Source: an uncultured Clostridia bacterium
GTDB taxonomy: Bacteria > Bacillota > Clostridia > TANB77 > CAG-508
DNA length: 64,000 bases
Direction of reading: 5' to 3'
Assembly: GCA_944388795.1 (NCBI GenBank)
Contig: CALXKD010000003.1
Location: forward strand, 10,090 to 74,089
Shown here: one piece after another, positions 19,656 through 28,699 of the stretch
Numbering within the stretch: the stretch's first letter is position 1
Layout of the letters: every line of letters begins with the position of its first letter
The notes under the pieces: generated by a model
What the model saw: only the letters and a program-made list of their open reading frames with translations
Databases searched by the model: none
Told to the model about the DNA's origin: nothing
Translations under genes and position numbers: made by a program

Positions 19656-20543
19656 ATGAAGGATTTATCTAATAAAAATGTGATTCATGTGAAGGATAAG
19701 GAAATAGAATATTTACAATTTAGAAAATTATTAGAGTATAGAGATATTATTCATCATGGATATGCATTAGGATTGGATATAGGGTTTAAAACAACAGCAG
19801 TCAATCAAAAACCAGCATCACCAGAAAGAATGGAGTTAGCAAGACAATCTTATAGAAAATTATGTAATAGTATTGGAAGTAATGATACACATATTGTGCA
19901 GGCTAACCAAAATCATACAGATACCATTAAAAGTGTTTATACAAAAATAAATATAGATAAACCTGATTTTAGCTTAACAGAAGAGGGAATTGAGGATGGA
20001 TTGATTACTAATAAAAGAAATCTAGCATTAGCAACAACCAATGCAGATTGTATCTTATTACTGTTTTTTGACCCAGTAAAACGTGTAATTGCCAATACAC
20101 ATTCTGGCTGGAGAGGGACTTTGCAAAGAATTTCTATCAAAACAGTTCAAAAAATGGTCAAAGAATTTGGAACTAAACCGCAAGATATCATATGTTGTAT
20201 TTGCCCAAGTATTCGAAAATGTCACTTTGAAGTAGATAAAGATGTTAAAGACATGTTTAAAAATGAATTTTGTGATTTGGAAAATGCAAATTTTGTAGAT
20301 ATAGAAGAGAAACAAGAAAAAACAATTGAGGTAACAGACTTCATAGAAGAAAAAATAGAAAATATGAAGTGGAATATTGATACAGTTTTAATTAATAAAA
20401 TTCTTTTACAAAAAGAAGGGCTAAAACCAGAGAATATTATTGATTCAGGAATTTGTAGTGTTTGTCATTCAGATATTATACATTCCTATCGAATCGAAAA
20501 GAAGGAGTATAAAACAGAAACAGCAATTATAGAATTAAAATAG
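19656..20543 (+). CDS. pgeF: YfiH/PgeF-family laccase-domain protein (peptidoglycan editing factor / purine nucleoside phosphorylase-like)
   Basis: HSGWRG motif and the later CPSIRKCHFEV Cys/His metal-site context typical of the YfiH family. It carries an acidic insertion near aa 205-245. Confidence 0.75.
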   Translation: MKDLSNKNVIHVKDKEIEYLQFRKLLEYRDIIHHGYALGLDIGFKTTAVNQKPASPERMELARQSYRKLCNSIGSNDTHIVQANQNHTDTIKSVYTKINIDKPDFSLTEEGIEDGLITNKRNLALATTNADCILLLFFDPVKRVIANTHSGWRGTLQRISIKTVQKMVKEFGTKPQDIICCICPSIRKCHFEVDKDVKDMFKNEFCDLENANFVDIEEKQEKTIEVTDFIEEKIENMKWNIDTVLINKILLQKEGLKPENIIDSGICSVCHSDIIHSYRIEKKEYKTETAIIELK

Positions 20544-20561
20544 AAAAAGGATGTAAGAAAA

Positions 20562-21110
20562 ATGTTTAAAACATGGGAAGAATTAGAAGGATCGATTAAA
20601 GATTGTAATAAATGTAAATTATGTAAGACAAGACAAAACATTGTATTTGGAACTGGAAATAAACATGCAAAGTTAATGTTTATTGGAGAAGGACCAGGAG
20701 CAGACGAGGATAGATTAGGTGAACCTTTTGTAGGAAGAGCCGGAAAATTAATGAATTTAGCATTTGAAACTTTAGGAATTGATAGAAAAGAAGTATATAT
20801 TGCGAATGTTGTAAAATGTAGACCTCCAGGTAATAGAAATCCAGAGGAAGATGAAGCAATGGCATGTTTGAATTACCTAAGGAATCAAGTAATACTCGTA
20901 CAACCAGAAATCATTGTTTTATTAGGGAGTGTCGCTTTAAAAAATATTCTTGGAAAGGAATATGGTATTACAGCTTCTAGAGGAAAATGGGTAGAAAAAA
21001 AAGGCATAAAATATATGCCAACATGGCATCCAGCAGCATTGTTAAGAGATGAAACGAAAAAAATAGATTTTATAAAGGATTTACAAAAAGTAGTAGAAGA
21101 AATGAAATAG
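20562..21110 (+). CDS. Uracil-DNA glycosylase, family 4
   Basis: N-terminal Cys cluster CNKCKLC, motif A GEGPGADED, motif B HPAALLR. Confidence 0.85.
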   Translation: MFKTWEELEGSIKDCNKCKLCKTRQNIVFGTGNKHAKLMFIGEGPGADEDRLGEPFVGRAGKLMNLAFETLGIDRKEVYIANVVKCRPPGNRNPEEDEAMACLNYLRNQVILVQPEIIVLLGSVALKNILGKEYGITASRGKWVEKKGIKYMPTWHPAALLRDETKKIDFIKDLQKVVEEMK

Positions 21111-21174
21111 GAAACAGTATAGTCAGTTTTATTGACGAAATAAAAGAAACAATGTAAAATATTTTATAGATAAA

Positions 21175-21202
21175 AAAGAATTGAATCATCAATTCTTTTT
21201 TT
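21175..21202 (+). terminator. Rho-independent terminator
   Basis: AAAGAATTGA / TCAATTCTTT stem, ATCA loop, then a T-run. Confidence 0.75.
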
Positions 21203-21246
21203 CTAAGAGTTAAGTAAAGAAATCATAATGAAAAGGGGCGTAAAAA

Positions 21247-22500
21247 GTGATAAAAGAAATTGAAGAAAAAGTAAATTATTGTTTGAATTGTAAAGTAAAA
21301 CCTTGTTCTTTAAAAGGTTGTCCATTAAATAATCATATACCAGACTTTATACAGGCCTTAAAAAAAGAGGCATATTTTGAAGCATATAAAATTTTATCAG
21401 AAGCTACTGTTTTACCAGGTGTATGTGGTAGAATTTGTCCTCATGAAAAACAATGTCAAGGTTCTTGTGTAAGAGGAATAAAGGGAGATCCTGTTTCTAT
21501 AGGAGAATTAGAAGCTTATACATTTGATAAAGCACATGAATTAGGATATCATTTAACAGATTGTTATGAAAGAATAGAAAAAAAAGATAAAAGGGTAGCG
21601 ATTATTGGAGGAGGACCAGCAGGATTAACCTGTGCGGCTTTTTTGGCCAAAGAAGGTATACAGGTTACTATCTATGAAAAATATGACTATTTAGGTGGAT
21701 TATTAATGTTTGGAATACCAGATTTTAGACTACCAAAAGAGATTGTAGAAAATACAGTAAAAGATATTCTAGATTTGGGAATAGATGTAAAATATAATCA
21801 AGAAATAGGAAAAGACTTTACTTTAAAAGATATAGAAAATAAATATGATGCGATATTTTTAAGTATTGGTGCTAATGTTTCTTCTAAGATGGGTGTTGAA
21901 GGAGAAGAGTTAAAAGGTGTTTATGGAGGAAATGAATTATTAGAATACAATTTACATCCCGATTATAAAGGAAAAAAAGTGATTGTTACAGGTGGAGGAA
22001 ATGTAGCAATGGATTGTGCCAGAACCATTAATAAATTGGGGGCAAAAGAGGTAACAGTTGTCTATAGAAGAGCAGAAGAACAAATGCCAGCAGAAAAGAA
22101 GGAAATACAAGATGCAAAAAATGAAGGCGTTCAATTTGCTTTTCAAAATAATATTGTAAAAATATTAGGAAATGAGAAAGTAGAAAAAGTAGAATTAATA
22201 AAGACAAAGTTAATTCAAAAAGAAGGAGACAGTAGATTATCTCCTGTTAATATTGAAAATAGCAATTATCAAGTAGATGTTGATTATATTGTTATGGCAT
22301 TAGGTTCAAAACCACAAGTATATGTAAAAGACTTAGGATTAGATTTAAATAAATGGGGAAACATACAGGTAGATGAGGAATATAAAACCTCTAATCCTAA
22401 AGTTTATGCAGGAGGAGATTTAGCAGGAATCAAGGGAACAGTGGCATGGGCTGCAAATTCAGGAAGAGAAGCTGCAAAAAATATAATGAAGCATATATAA
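21247..22500 (+). CDS. GltD/NfnB-family NAD(P)H-dependent iron-sulfur flavoprotein oxidoreductase
   Basis: N-terminal Fe-S Cys motifs (CLNCKVKPC, CGRICPHEKQCQGSC) and two dinucleotide folds (IIGGGPAGL, VTGGGNVAMDCART). GTG start with SD AAAGGGG. No partner subunit gene is adjacent. Confidence 0.8.
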   Translation: MIKEIEEKVNYCLNCKVKPCSLKGCPLNNHIPDFIQALKKEAYFEAYKILSEATVLPGVCGRICPHEKQCQGSCVRGIKGDPVSIGELEAYTFDKAHELGYHLTDCYERIEKKDKRVAIIGGGPAGLTCAAFLAKEGIQVTIYEKYDYLGGLLMFGIPDFRLPKEIVENTVKDILDLGIDVKYNQEIGKDFTLKDIENKYDAIFLSIGANVSSKMGVEGEELKGVYGGNELLEYNLHPDYKGKKVIVTGGGNVAMDCARTINKLGAKEVTVVYRRAEEQMPAEKKEIQDAKNEGVQFAFQNNIVKILGNEKVEKVELIKTKLIQKEGDSRLSPVNIENSNYQVDVDYIVMALGSKPQVYVKDLGLDLNKWGNIQVDEEYKTSNPKVYAGGDLAGIKGTVAWAANSGREAAKNIMKHI

Positions 22501-22507
22501 GAAAAAC

Positions 22508-22550
22508 GCACTTTAGCGAAATATATTATATATTTACTAAAGTGTGTTTA
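22508..22550. terminator. Hairpin between convergent genes (possible bidirectional terminator)
   Basis: GCACTTTAG / CTAAAGTGT stem with a 20-nt loop and T-rich flanks. Confidence 0.4.
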
Positions 22551-22551
22551 T

Positions 22552-23655
22552 TTAAATATCATTATTTTCAGTTTCAGAAGATCTACCTAGAAGAATTCGT
22601 TTAATTGCTTTAAATAAGGTCATAATCTTACTTTCATTTTTAGGTTTTATATTGATAGCTGTTTCAATACCACCATTTTCTAGTATATTATATTTATGCT
22701 CTAATTGAGACATTTTTTCAACATAGTAATCATTGAAAAAAGTATAGCCTTCAGAGAAACCTAAATAAGATTTCATATCATATAATTTTTTTCTATAATT
22801 TTCTAATTCTTCTAAATTGGTTATTTTTGAAAAAGCTTTATCAAAATAACTAGAAATGATTAGATTTTGTGTCCTTAAAAAAGTTATTTTAATTTTTTCT
22901 TTTAAATCGTCAATCTTTTTTACCATATCATCGACTTTTTTGTTTCTATCATCAATTAAAGCAATTTTATTGTTTAATTTAATAATGTCTTCTTCTGCAA
23001 ATAAAATATCATCAATTGCGTTTTGAATAGCCATAAAATCTTTTTGTGAAGTCAATTCAGAGAATTTTATTTTAAAGTTATCGTCACTATTTAATGTACT
23101 TTTAAATAAAACATCTTCACCTACAATAAAGGCTAATTGATTTACTAAACAGCATTCTAAAGGATAATAAGAAGGACTTATCGTTTCAAAACTAATTCCA
23201 AAATATTTTACGTAGTCTTTGGGAATACCAATGACTTTTGAAGACATTAATTGGACAGCCGCTTCATTTAATCCTAAGCCATAGATTTTAAATTCTGTAT
23301 AATCACATAATCCCATTCTTAATAAATAATTTCTTTTATCTTTTACTTCTTGTAAATAATGAATACATTCGTGAATAGCAAATTCTTCCATATCTTCTTC
23401 GGGTATATGTTCATTGAAATAAATGGATGTATTTTTATAATAATAATTTGCTTCAGCCATTCCCTCAGGCATTTTAGCTTTATACATATCTAATCTAGAT
23501 AACTTTATAAATAGTTCATTTTCGTTTAAGCCATATGAAGGAAAGGTTTGACATAATTTTGAAGCAATATTTTTCGCAATTGAATTGATTTTTAGTGTAT
23601 CTAATTTTTGTGTTACTTCAATGCCATCTTTTTTTAAATCAGATTTAATACTCAT
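22552..23655 (-). CDS. Hypothetical protein with an HExxH...NEA gluzincin-like motif and a coiled-coil C-terminal half
   Basis: HECIH is encoded at 23359-23373 (aa 95-99) and GLNEAAVQ lies 31 residues later. There is no signal peptide, and the C-terminal half is K/D/E-rich and heptad-like. It is divergent from 23888-24463. Confidence 0.6.
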   Translation of the reverse strand: MSIKSDLKKDGIEVTQKLDTLKINSIAKNIASKLCQTFPSYGLNENELFIKLSRLDMYKAKMPEGMAEANYYYKNTSIYFNEHIPEEDMEEFAIHECIHYLQEVKDKRNYLLRMGLCDYTEFKIYGLGLNEAAVQLMSSKVIGIPKDYVKYFGISFETISPSYYPLECCLVNQLAFIVGEDVLFKSTLNSDDNFKIKFSELTSQKDFMAIQNAIDDILFAEEDIIKLNNKIALIDDRNKKVDDMVKKIDDLKEKIKITFLRTQNLIISSYFDKAFSKITNLEELENYRKKLYDMKSYLGFSEGYTFFNDYYVEKMSQLEHKYNILENGGIETAINIKPKNESKIMTLFKAIKRILLGRSSETENNDI

Positions 23656-23887
23656 TCTAATTCTCCTTAGTATATAATTATCTAACCATATTATACTATA
23701 AGAAATGGTGAAGAATATTTCAATATGATTAAATATTCTTTACAGTTTAATGACAATTGTTTATAAGAAGAATAAAGATAAAAAAGTTTTTTAAGAAACA
23801 ATGCAAGTGTAGAACTTTGTCGAAAAGTTTTTATTGACATGATAGATTTTAGAATATATAATAGCAAAAAAAGAAAGGAGGGAAAGA

Positions 23888-24463
23888 ATGAGTAACACAA
23901 ATCGAGAGTTACTTTTAAAAATATATGAAGAATTACAAGAAACAAAAGACAAAGTAAAAGATATACCAGAAATGAAAAAGCAATTGGAAGAAATACCAAA
24001 AATGAAAAAACAATTAGAAGAAATACCAAAAATGAAAAAGCAACTGGAAGAAATACCAAAAATGAAAAAGCAACTGGAAGAAATACCAAAAATGAAAAAA
24101 CAATTAGAAGAAATACCAAAAATTAAAAAGCAACTGGAAGAAATACCAGAAATAAAAAAGCAATTAGAAGAGATACCAGAAATCAAAGAAAAATTAATAC
24201 CTACAATGCAACAAGATATATCGCAAATTAAAGAAATTTTAAAGGAAATACCAGAAATCAAGCAAGAATTACGTAATATTAGTGGATCTGTTGCTAGAAT
24301 CGAAGTTGAACATGGTGAAAAATTAGCAGTTTTGTTTGATGCATTTAAAGTAAATACAGAAAAAATTGAAGAACAAAATAAAAGAATTACGAAATGTGAA
24401 AAAATGTTAGAAAGACATGATCATCAAATTTATATTTTAAATTCAAAAATTCAAAATACATAA
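23888..24463 (+). CDS. Repeat-containing coiled-coil protein (IPKMKKQLEE decapeptide repeats)
   Basis: Strong SD AAAGGAGGG. Promoter-like TTGACA-17-TATAAT lies upstream. Eight tandem decapeptide units are followed by a unique helical C-terminus. Confidence 0.7.
   Translation: MSNTNRELLLKIYEELQETKDKVKDIPEMKKQLEEIPKMKKQLEEIPKMKKQLEEIPKMKKQLEEIPKMKKQLEEIPKIKKQLEEIPEIKKQLEEIPEIKEKLIPTMQQDISQIKEILKEIPEIKQELRNISGSVARIEVEHGEKLAVLFDAFKVNTEKIEEQNKRITKCEKMLERHDHQIYILNSKIQNT
23963..24196 (+). repeat. Tandem 30-bp in-frame repeat, seven full units plus a 24-bp partial unit
   Basis: Units start at 23963, 23993, 24023, 24053, 24083, 24113, 24143 and 24173. Consensus is ATACCAAAAATGAAAAARCAAYTRGAAGAA, with near-identical central copies. 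A degenerate extra unit (IPEIKQEL) occurs near 24248-24271. Confidence 0.9.
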
Positions 24464-24500
24464 AAGCCTATTAGTGTGCTTTTATAACTAATAGGCTTTT
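24462..24500. terminator. Bidirectional rho-independent terminator
   Basis: 13-bp perfect stem AAAAGCCTATTAG / CTAATAGGCTTTT with A/T runs on both sides, between convergent genes. Confidence 0.75.
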
Positions 24501-24509
24501 ATAAATCAA

Positions 24510-26933
24510 TTATTTCACAACAATATTATAAATTTTATTTTTAACATAAATTTCTTTTACAATCGTTTTATTTTCCAATTTATCACAAACTGCTTCATGT
24601 ACCTTTGCTTTAACATTTTCTTCTTCTTCATCTAAAGAAATCGTAATAGTTGCTTTTAATTTACCATTAAATTGAATAGGTAAAGTAATTTCATCAGCAA
24701 TTGTTTTTTCTTCATCATATGTAGGCCATTCCATATATGCTAACATTTCTGTACCACCTAATACAGTTTGCCAAAGTTCTTCTGTCATATGTGGTGCAAA
24801 AGGATTTAGCAATTGTAAAAAGGTTTTAAGTTCTGCTTTATTAATTTTCTTTTCTTTATAAAAATCATTTACTAAAGTCATAAAGGTTGAAACAGCTGTA
24901 TTAAATTTCATTTCTTCAATATCATTAGAAACTTTTTTAATAGCTCTATGCATTGCTTTTTCAAATTTTGGAGAATATTCTTCACCATCTACTAATAAAT
25001 TTTGAAGATTCCAAACTCTATCTAAGAATTTTGCACAACCTCTAATACTTTCCATAGACCATGGAGCTGTTTGATCAAAAGGTCCCATAAACATTTCATA
25101 AACTCTAAAAGCATCTGCCCCAAATTCATTAACAATGTCATCTGGATTTACAACATTACCTTTAGATTTAGACATTTTTTCTCCATTGCTTCCAAGAATC
25201 ATTCCATGAGAAGTACGTTTTTGATATGGCTCTTTTGTTGGAACAACACCTATATCATATAAGAATTTATGCCAAAATCTTGAATATAGTAAGTGAAGTG
25301 TTGTGTGTTCCATACCACCATTATACCAATCAACAGGTGACCAGTATTCTAATGCTTCTTTTGAAGCTAATGCTTTATCATTGTGTGCATCCATATATCT
25401 TAGATAATACCAAGAAGAACCAGCCCACTGAGGCATTGTATCTGTTTCTCTTTTGGCTTTTCCACCACAATGAGGACAAGTGGTATTTACCCACTCTGTA
25501 TGTCTTGCAAGAGGAGATTCTCCATTTTCACCTGGTTCATAATCTTCAACATCAGGTAATTTTAGAGGTAATTCTTCTTCTGGAACAGGAACCCAACCAC
25601 ATTTTTCACAATAAATCATAGGGATTGGTTCTCCCCAATAACGTTGTCTAGAAAATACCCAATCACGTAATTTATAATTTACTTGTTTTTTACCAATGTG
25701 ATGATCTTCTAAAAAGCTAATTACTTTTTTCTTAGCTTCTACAACTGGTAGATCATCTAAAAATCCGGAATTGATTAATATACCAGTTTCTACATCTGTA
25801 AAAGCCTCTTTATCAATATCACATTCCATTGTTTCATGGGCAGGTTTAATAACTTGAACAATTGGTAAATGGAATTTTTTTGCAAATTCATGGTCACGTG
25901 TATCGTGTCCAGGTACAGCCATAATCGCACCTGTACCATAAGTGATTAGAACATAATCAGAAATCCAGATAGGAATTTCTTCATTTGTTAATGGATTAAT
26001 GGCTTTAATTCCTTTTATTTCACAACCAGTTTTTTCTTTATTTAGTTCTGATCTTTCAAAATCAGATTTTAAAGAAGCTTGATGTTTATATTCTTCAATT
26101 TCATCCATATTGGTAATTCTATCAGAAAGTTTGTCAATTATATGATGTTCAGGAGCAACAACCATATATGTAGCACCAAATAAAGTATCTGGTCTTGTAG
26201 TATAGACTGTTAAAGTTTCATCAGAATCAGCAATTTTAAAAGTAACTTCTGCACCTTCAGAACGACCAATCCAATTTTTTTGTTGTGCTTTAATTTTATC
26301 TAAATAATCTACATCATCTAAATCATCAATTAATCTTTGTGCATATTTTGTAATTCTTAACATCCATTGACTTTTTTCTTTTTGAACAACTGGACTTCCA
26401 CATCTTTCACAAACACCGTTGACAACTTCTTCATTAGCAAGTCCTACTTTACAACCTGTACAGAAGTTAATAGGCATTGTTGCTTTGTATGCCAATCCAT
26501 GTTTGTATAATTGAATAAATATCCATTGTGTCCATTTATAATAGCTTGGATCAGTAGTGTTAATTTCTCTTGACCAATCAAAAGAAAAACCAATTGATTT
26601 TAATTGTTCTCTAAAATGGTTAACATTTTTCTCAGTAGTAATTTTAGGATGAATATGATTTTTAATGGCATAGTTTTCAGCAGGTAACCCAAAAGCATCA
26701 AATCCAATAGGAAATAATACATTATATCCTTGCATTCTTCTTTTTCTTGCAATGATATCTAATGCAGTATAACTTCTAGGATGTCCTACGTGAAGACCTT
26801 GACCTGATGGATATGGAAATTCGATTAATCCAAACCATTTTTTCATTGTGAAGTCATCTTTAGCATTAAATGTTCCTTCAGCATACCATTTATCTTGCCA
26901 CTTTTTTTCAATTTCTTTAAAGTTATAACTCAT
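24510..26933 (-). CDS. leuS: Leucine--tRNA ligase
   Basis: HIGH-type motif (LHVGHPRSY), KMSKS (EKMSKSKGN) and a CP1 editing domain, about 807 aa. The start [12 protein letters not shown] at 26933 is preferred over the track start at 26954. Confidence 0.95.
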   Translation of the reverse strand: MSYNFKEIEKKWQDKWYAEGTFNAKDDFTMKKWFGLIEFPYPSGQGLHVGHPRSYTALDIIARKRRMQGYNVLFPIGFDAFGLPAENYAIKNHIHPKITTEKNVNHFREQLKSIGFSFDWSREINTTDPSYYKWTQWIFIQLYKHGLAYKATMPINFCTGCKVGLANEEVVNGVCERCGSPVVQKEKSQWMLRITKYAQRLIDDLDDVDYLDKIKAQQKNWIGRSEGAEVTFKIADSDETLTVYTTRPDTLFGATYMVVAPEHHIIDKLSDRITNMDEIEEYKHQASLKSDFERSELNKEKTGCEIKGIKAINPLTNEEIPIWISDYVLITYGTGAIMAVPGHDTRDHEFAKKFHLPIVQVIKPAHETMECDIDKEAFTDVETGILINSGFLDDLPVVEAKKKVISFLEDHHIGKKQVNYKLRDWVFSRQRYWGEPIPMIYCEKCGWVPVPEEELPLKLPDVEDYEPGENGESPLARHTEWVNTTCPHCGGKAKRETDTMPQWAGSSWYYLRYMDAHNDKALASKEALEYWSPVDWYNGGMEHTTLHLLYSRFWHKFLYDIGVVPTKEPYQKRTSHGMILGSNGEKMSKSKGNVVNPDDIVNEFGADAFRVYEMFMGPFDQTAPWSMESIRGCAKFLDRVWNLQNLLVDGEEYSPKFEKAMHRAIKKVSNDIEEMKFNTAVSTFMTLVNDFYKEKKINKAELKTFLQLLNPFAPHMTEELWQTVLGGTEMLAYMEWPTYDEEKTIADEITLPIQFNGKLKATITISLDEEEENVKAKVHEAVCDKLENKTIVKEIYVKNKIYNIVVK

Positions 26934-27113
26934 GCTTCTAATCCGTCCTTTCAAATGTTATATAACCCGTATTATATAACAAAAAGGTAGCAGATTCAAG
27001 AGAAAATTACGAATTCATAAAGATTTGCTAGATATTCAGACAATTTATAGCAAGGGGATTTTAACTTGAAATAAAAAATAAAAAATGATAGAATGCAAGA
27101 TGAGGTGAAAAAC

Positions 27114-27893
27114 ATGATTGATATGTTAATGGCTAAAAAAGCATTTGCAGAATATGTAAAAAATTATGATATAAAAAATGATAAAATAAAATTAAAAGTG
27201 GAGCATATAGAAAGAGTATCACAAATTGCAAAAAAATTGGCAATAAAGCTAGAGTTAAATAAAGAAGATGAAACATTAGCAGAATTAATTGGTCTACTTC
27301 ATGATATAGGAAGATTTGAACAAATTAAAAGATTTAATACATTTAATGATAGAAAAAGTGTTAATCATGGAGAATTTGGTGTACATGTTTTATTTAATCC
27401 AAAAGATGGAATCATTAGAAATTTTGTAAAAGATACACAATATGATGAGATTATTAAAAAGGCAATTTTAAATCATAATAAAGATGCAGCAGATATACCA
27501 GATGATTTAACAACACAGGAATTATTACATACAAAAATTATTAGAGATAGTGATAAAATAGATATATTGTATATATTAACATATGAAAAAAAGGAAACTG
27601 CTTGGGAAAAGGCGGATTTATCAGATGATATCATTAGTGAAGAAATATATAAAGATTTTATGGAAAAAGGAAAAATAGATTATGGAAAAAAGAAATCAAG
27701 CGTAGATAGCTTAGTAGGACATTTTGCATATATTTTTGATTTTAATTTTCCAGATAGTATTCAACTTGTGAAAGAAAAAAAATATATGGAAACCATATAT
27801 AATCGATTTGAATTTCATAATCAAAAGACTATGGAGCAGTATAAAAATATATATGATAAAGTGGTAAAATATATGAAAGCACTAAGTGATTAA
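27114..27893 (+). CDS. HD (HDIG-type) domain phosphohydrolase, paralogue 1
   Basis: LLHDIGRFEQ, NHGEFG and RDSDKIDIL motifs. ATG 27114 follows SD GAGGTGA; the track start at 27093 is less likely. Confidence 0.75.
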   Translation: MIDMLMAKKAFAEYVKNYDIKNDKIKLKVEHIERVSQIAKKLAIKLELNKEDETLAELIGLLHDIGRFEQIKRFNTFNDRKSVNHGEFGVHVLFNPKDGIIRNFVKDTQYDEIIKKAILNHNKDAADIPDDLTTQELLHTKIIRDSDKIDILYILTYEKKETAWEKADLSDDIISEEIYKDFMEKGKIDYGKKKSSVDSLVGHFAYIFDFNFPDSIQLVKEKKYMETIYNRFEFHNQKTMEQYKNIYDKVVKYMKALSD

Positions 27894-27925
27894 GGAAATA
27901 TATAAGAGAGGATGAATCAATCAAA

Positions 27926-28699
27926 ATGATAGATTTAGATAAGGCAGAAAAGGAATTTATAAAATATTCTGAAAGATTTAATATACAAGATAGTCTTTTA
28001 AAAAGAAAACAATTACATTCTTTAAGAGTTGGAGATTTGTCTAGACAAATAGCTCAGAAAATGAAGTTAAGTGATGAAGAAATACAAATAGCAACACTAA
28101 TAGGATTACTACATGATATAGCCAGATTTGAACAATTTACTAAATATGGTACATTTCGAGATAGAGAAAGTATTGACCATGGAGATTTAGGTGTAGCAAT
28201 CTTAAAGAAAGATGATTATATAAAAACATATATAGAGGATGAGAAATACAAAGACATCATTTATGTAGCAATAAAAAATCATAATAAATATAAAATAGAA
28301 AAAGGACTAAATCCAAACCAAGAAATGTTTTGTAAAATCATAAGAGATGCAGATAAATTAGATATTTTCTATGAAATGATAAATATTTTTTATCAAGAAA
28401 AAGAGATAGAAAACATTAATTATTCAATTGTTGATGATGAGATTTTGTCTAAAATTTATGAAAAGAAAACAATTAATAGAAATCATTTCAAGAAAAAGGG
28501 AAAGTTACAAGAAATGATAATTCTGCTTGCATTTTTATTTGATATTAATTATCAAGCATCTTTTGAAATTATATGGAATGAAAAATATATAAATCAATTA
28601 TTTCAAAAATTTGATTTTAGAAATGAAGAAACAAAACAAAAAATGCAAAAAATGCAAGAATTTTTAAATCAATATGTAGAAGAAAAAATAAAAGGATGA
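27926..28699 (+). CDS. HD domain phosphohydrolase, paralogue 2
   Basis: LLHDIARFEQ, DHGDLG and RDADKLDIF motifs, colinear with the preceding gene. Its stop overlaps the topB ATG. Confidence 0.75.
   Translation: MIDLDKAEKEFIKYSERFNIQDSLLKRKQLHSLRVGDLSRQIAQKMKLSDEEIQIATLIGLLHDIARFEQFTKYGTFRDRESIDHGDLGVAILKKDDYIKTYIEDEKYKDIIYVAIKNHNKYKIEKGLNPNQEMFCKIIRDADKLDIFYEMINIFYQEKEIENINYSIVDDEILSKIYEKKTINRNHFKKKGKLQEMIILLAFLFDINYQASFEIIWNEKYINQLFQKFDFRNEETKQKMQKMQEFLNQYVEEKIKG

Noticed and set aside
23963-24196. Regular 30-bp periodic repeats that at first glance resemble a CRISPR-like array.
   Set aside because: The units are contiguous with no spacers. They are in frame within a well-initiated ORF and encode a decapeptide repeat. 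No cas genes or leader are present.
23691-24261. Two minus-strand ORFs (142 and 156 aa) with striking internal repeats (FSFLVFLP, GISSSCFFIF).
   Set aside because: They are the antisense reading of the 30-bp repeat in 23888-24463. The plus-strand gene has the SD and promoter, while these ORFs have neither.
26934-27113. I expected a T-box leader upstream of leuS, as is common in Firmicutes.
   Set aside because: Only about 160-180 bp separate leuS from the divergent HD gene. Reading the minus strand, I found no T-box consensus (AGGGTGGNACCGCG-like) and no terminator/antiterminator pair. I therefore report no riboswitch; the absence itself is only mildly notable.
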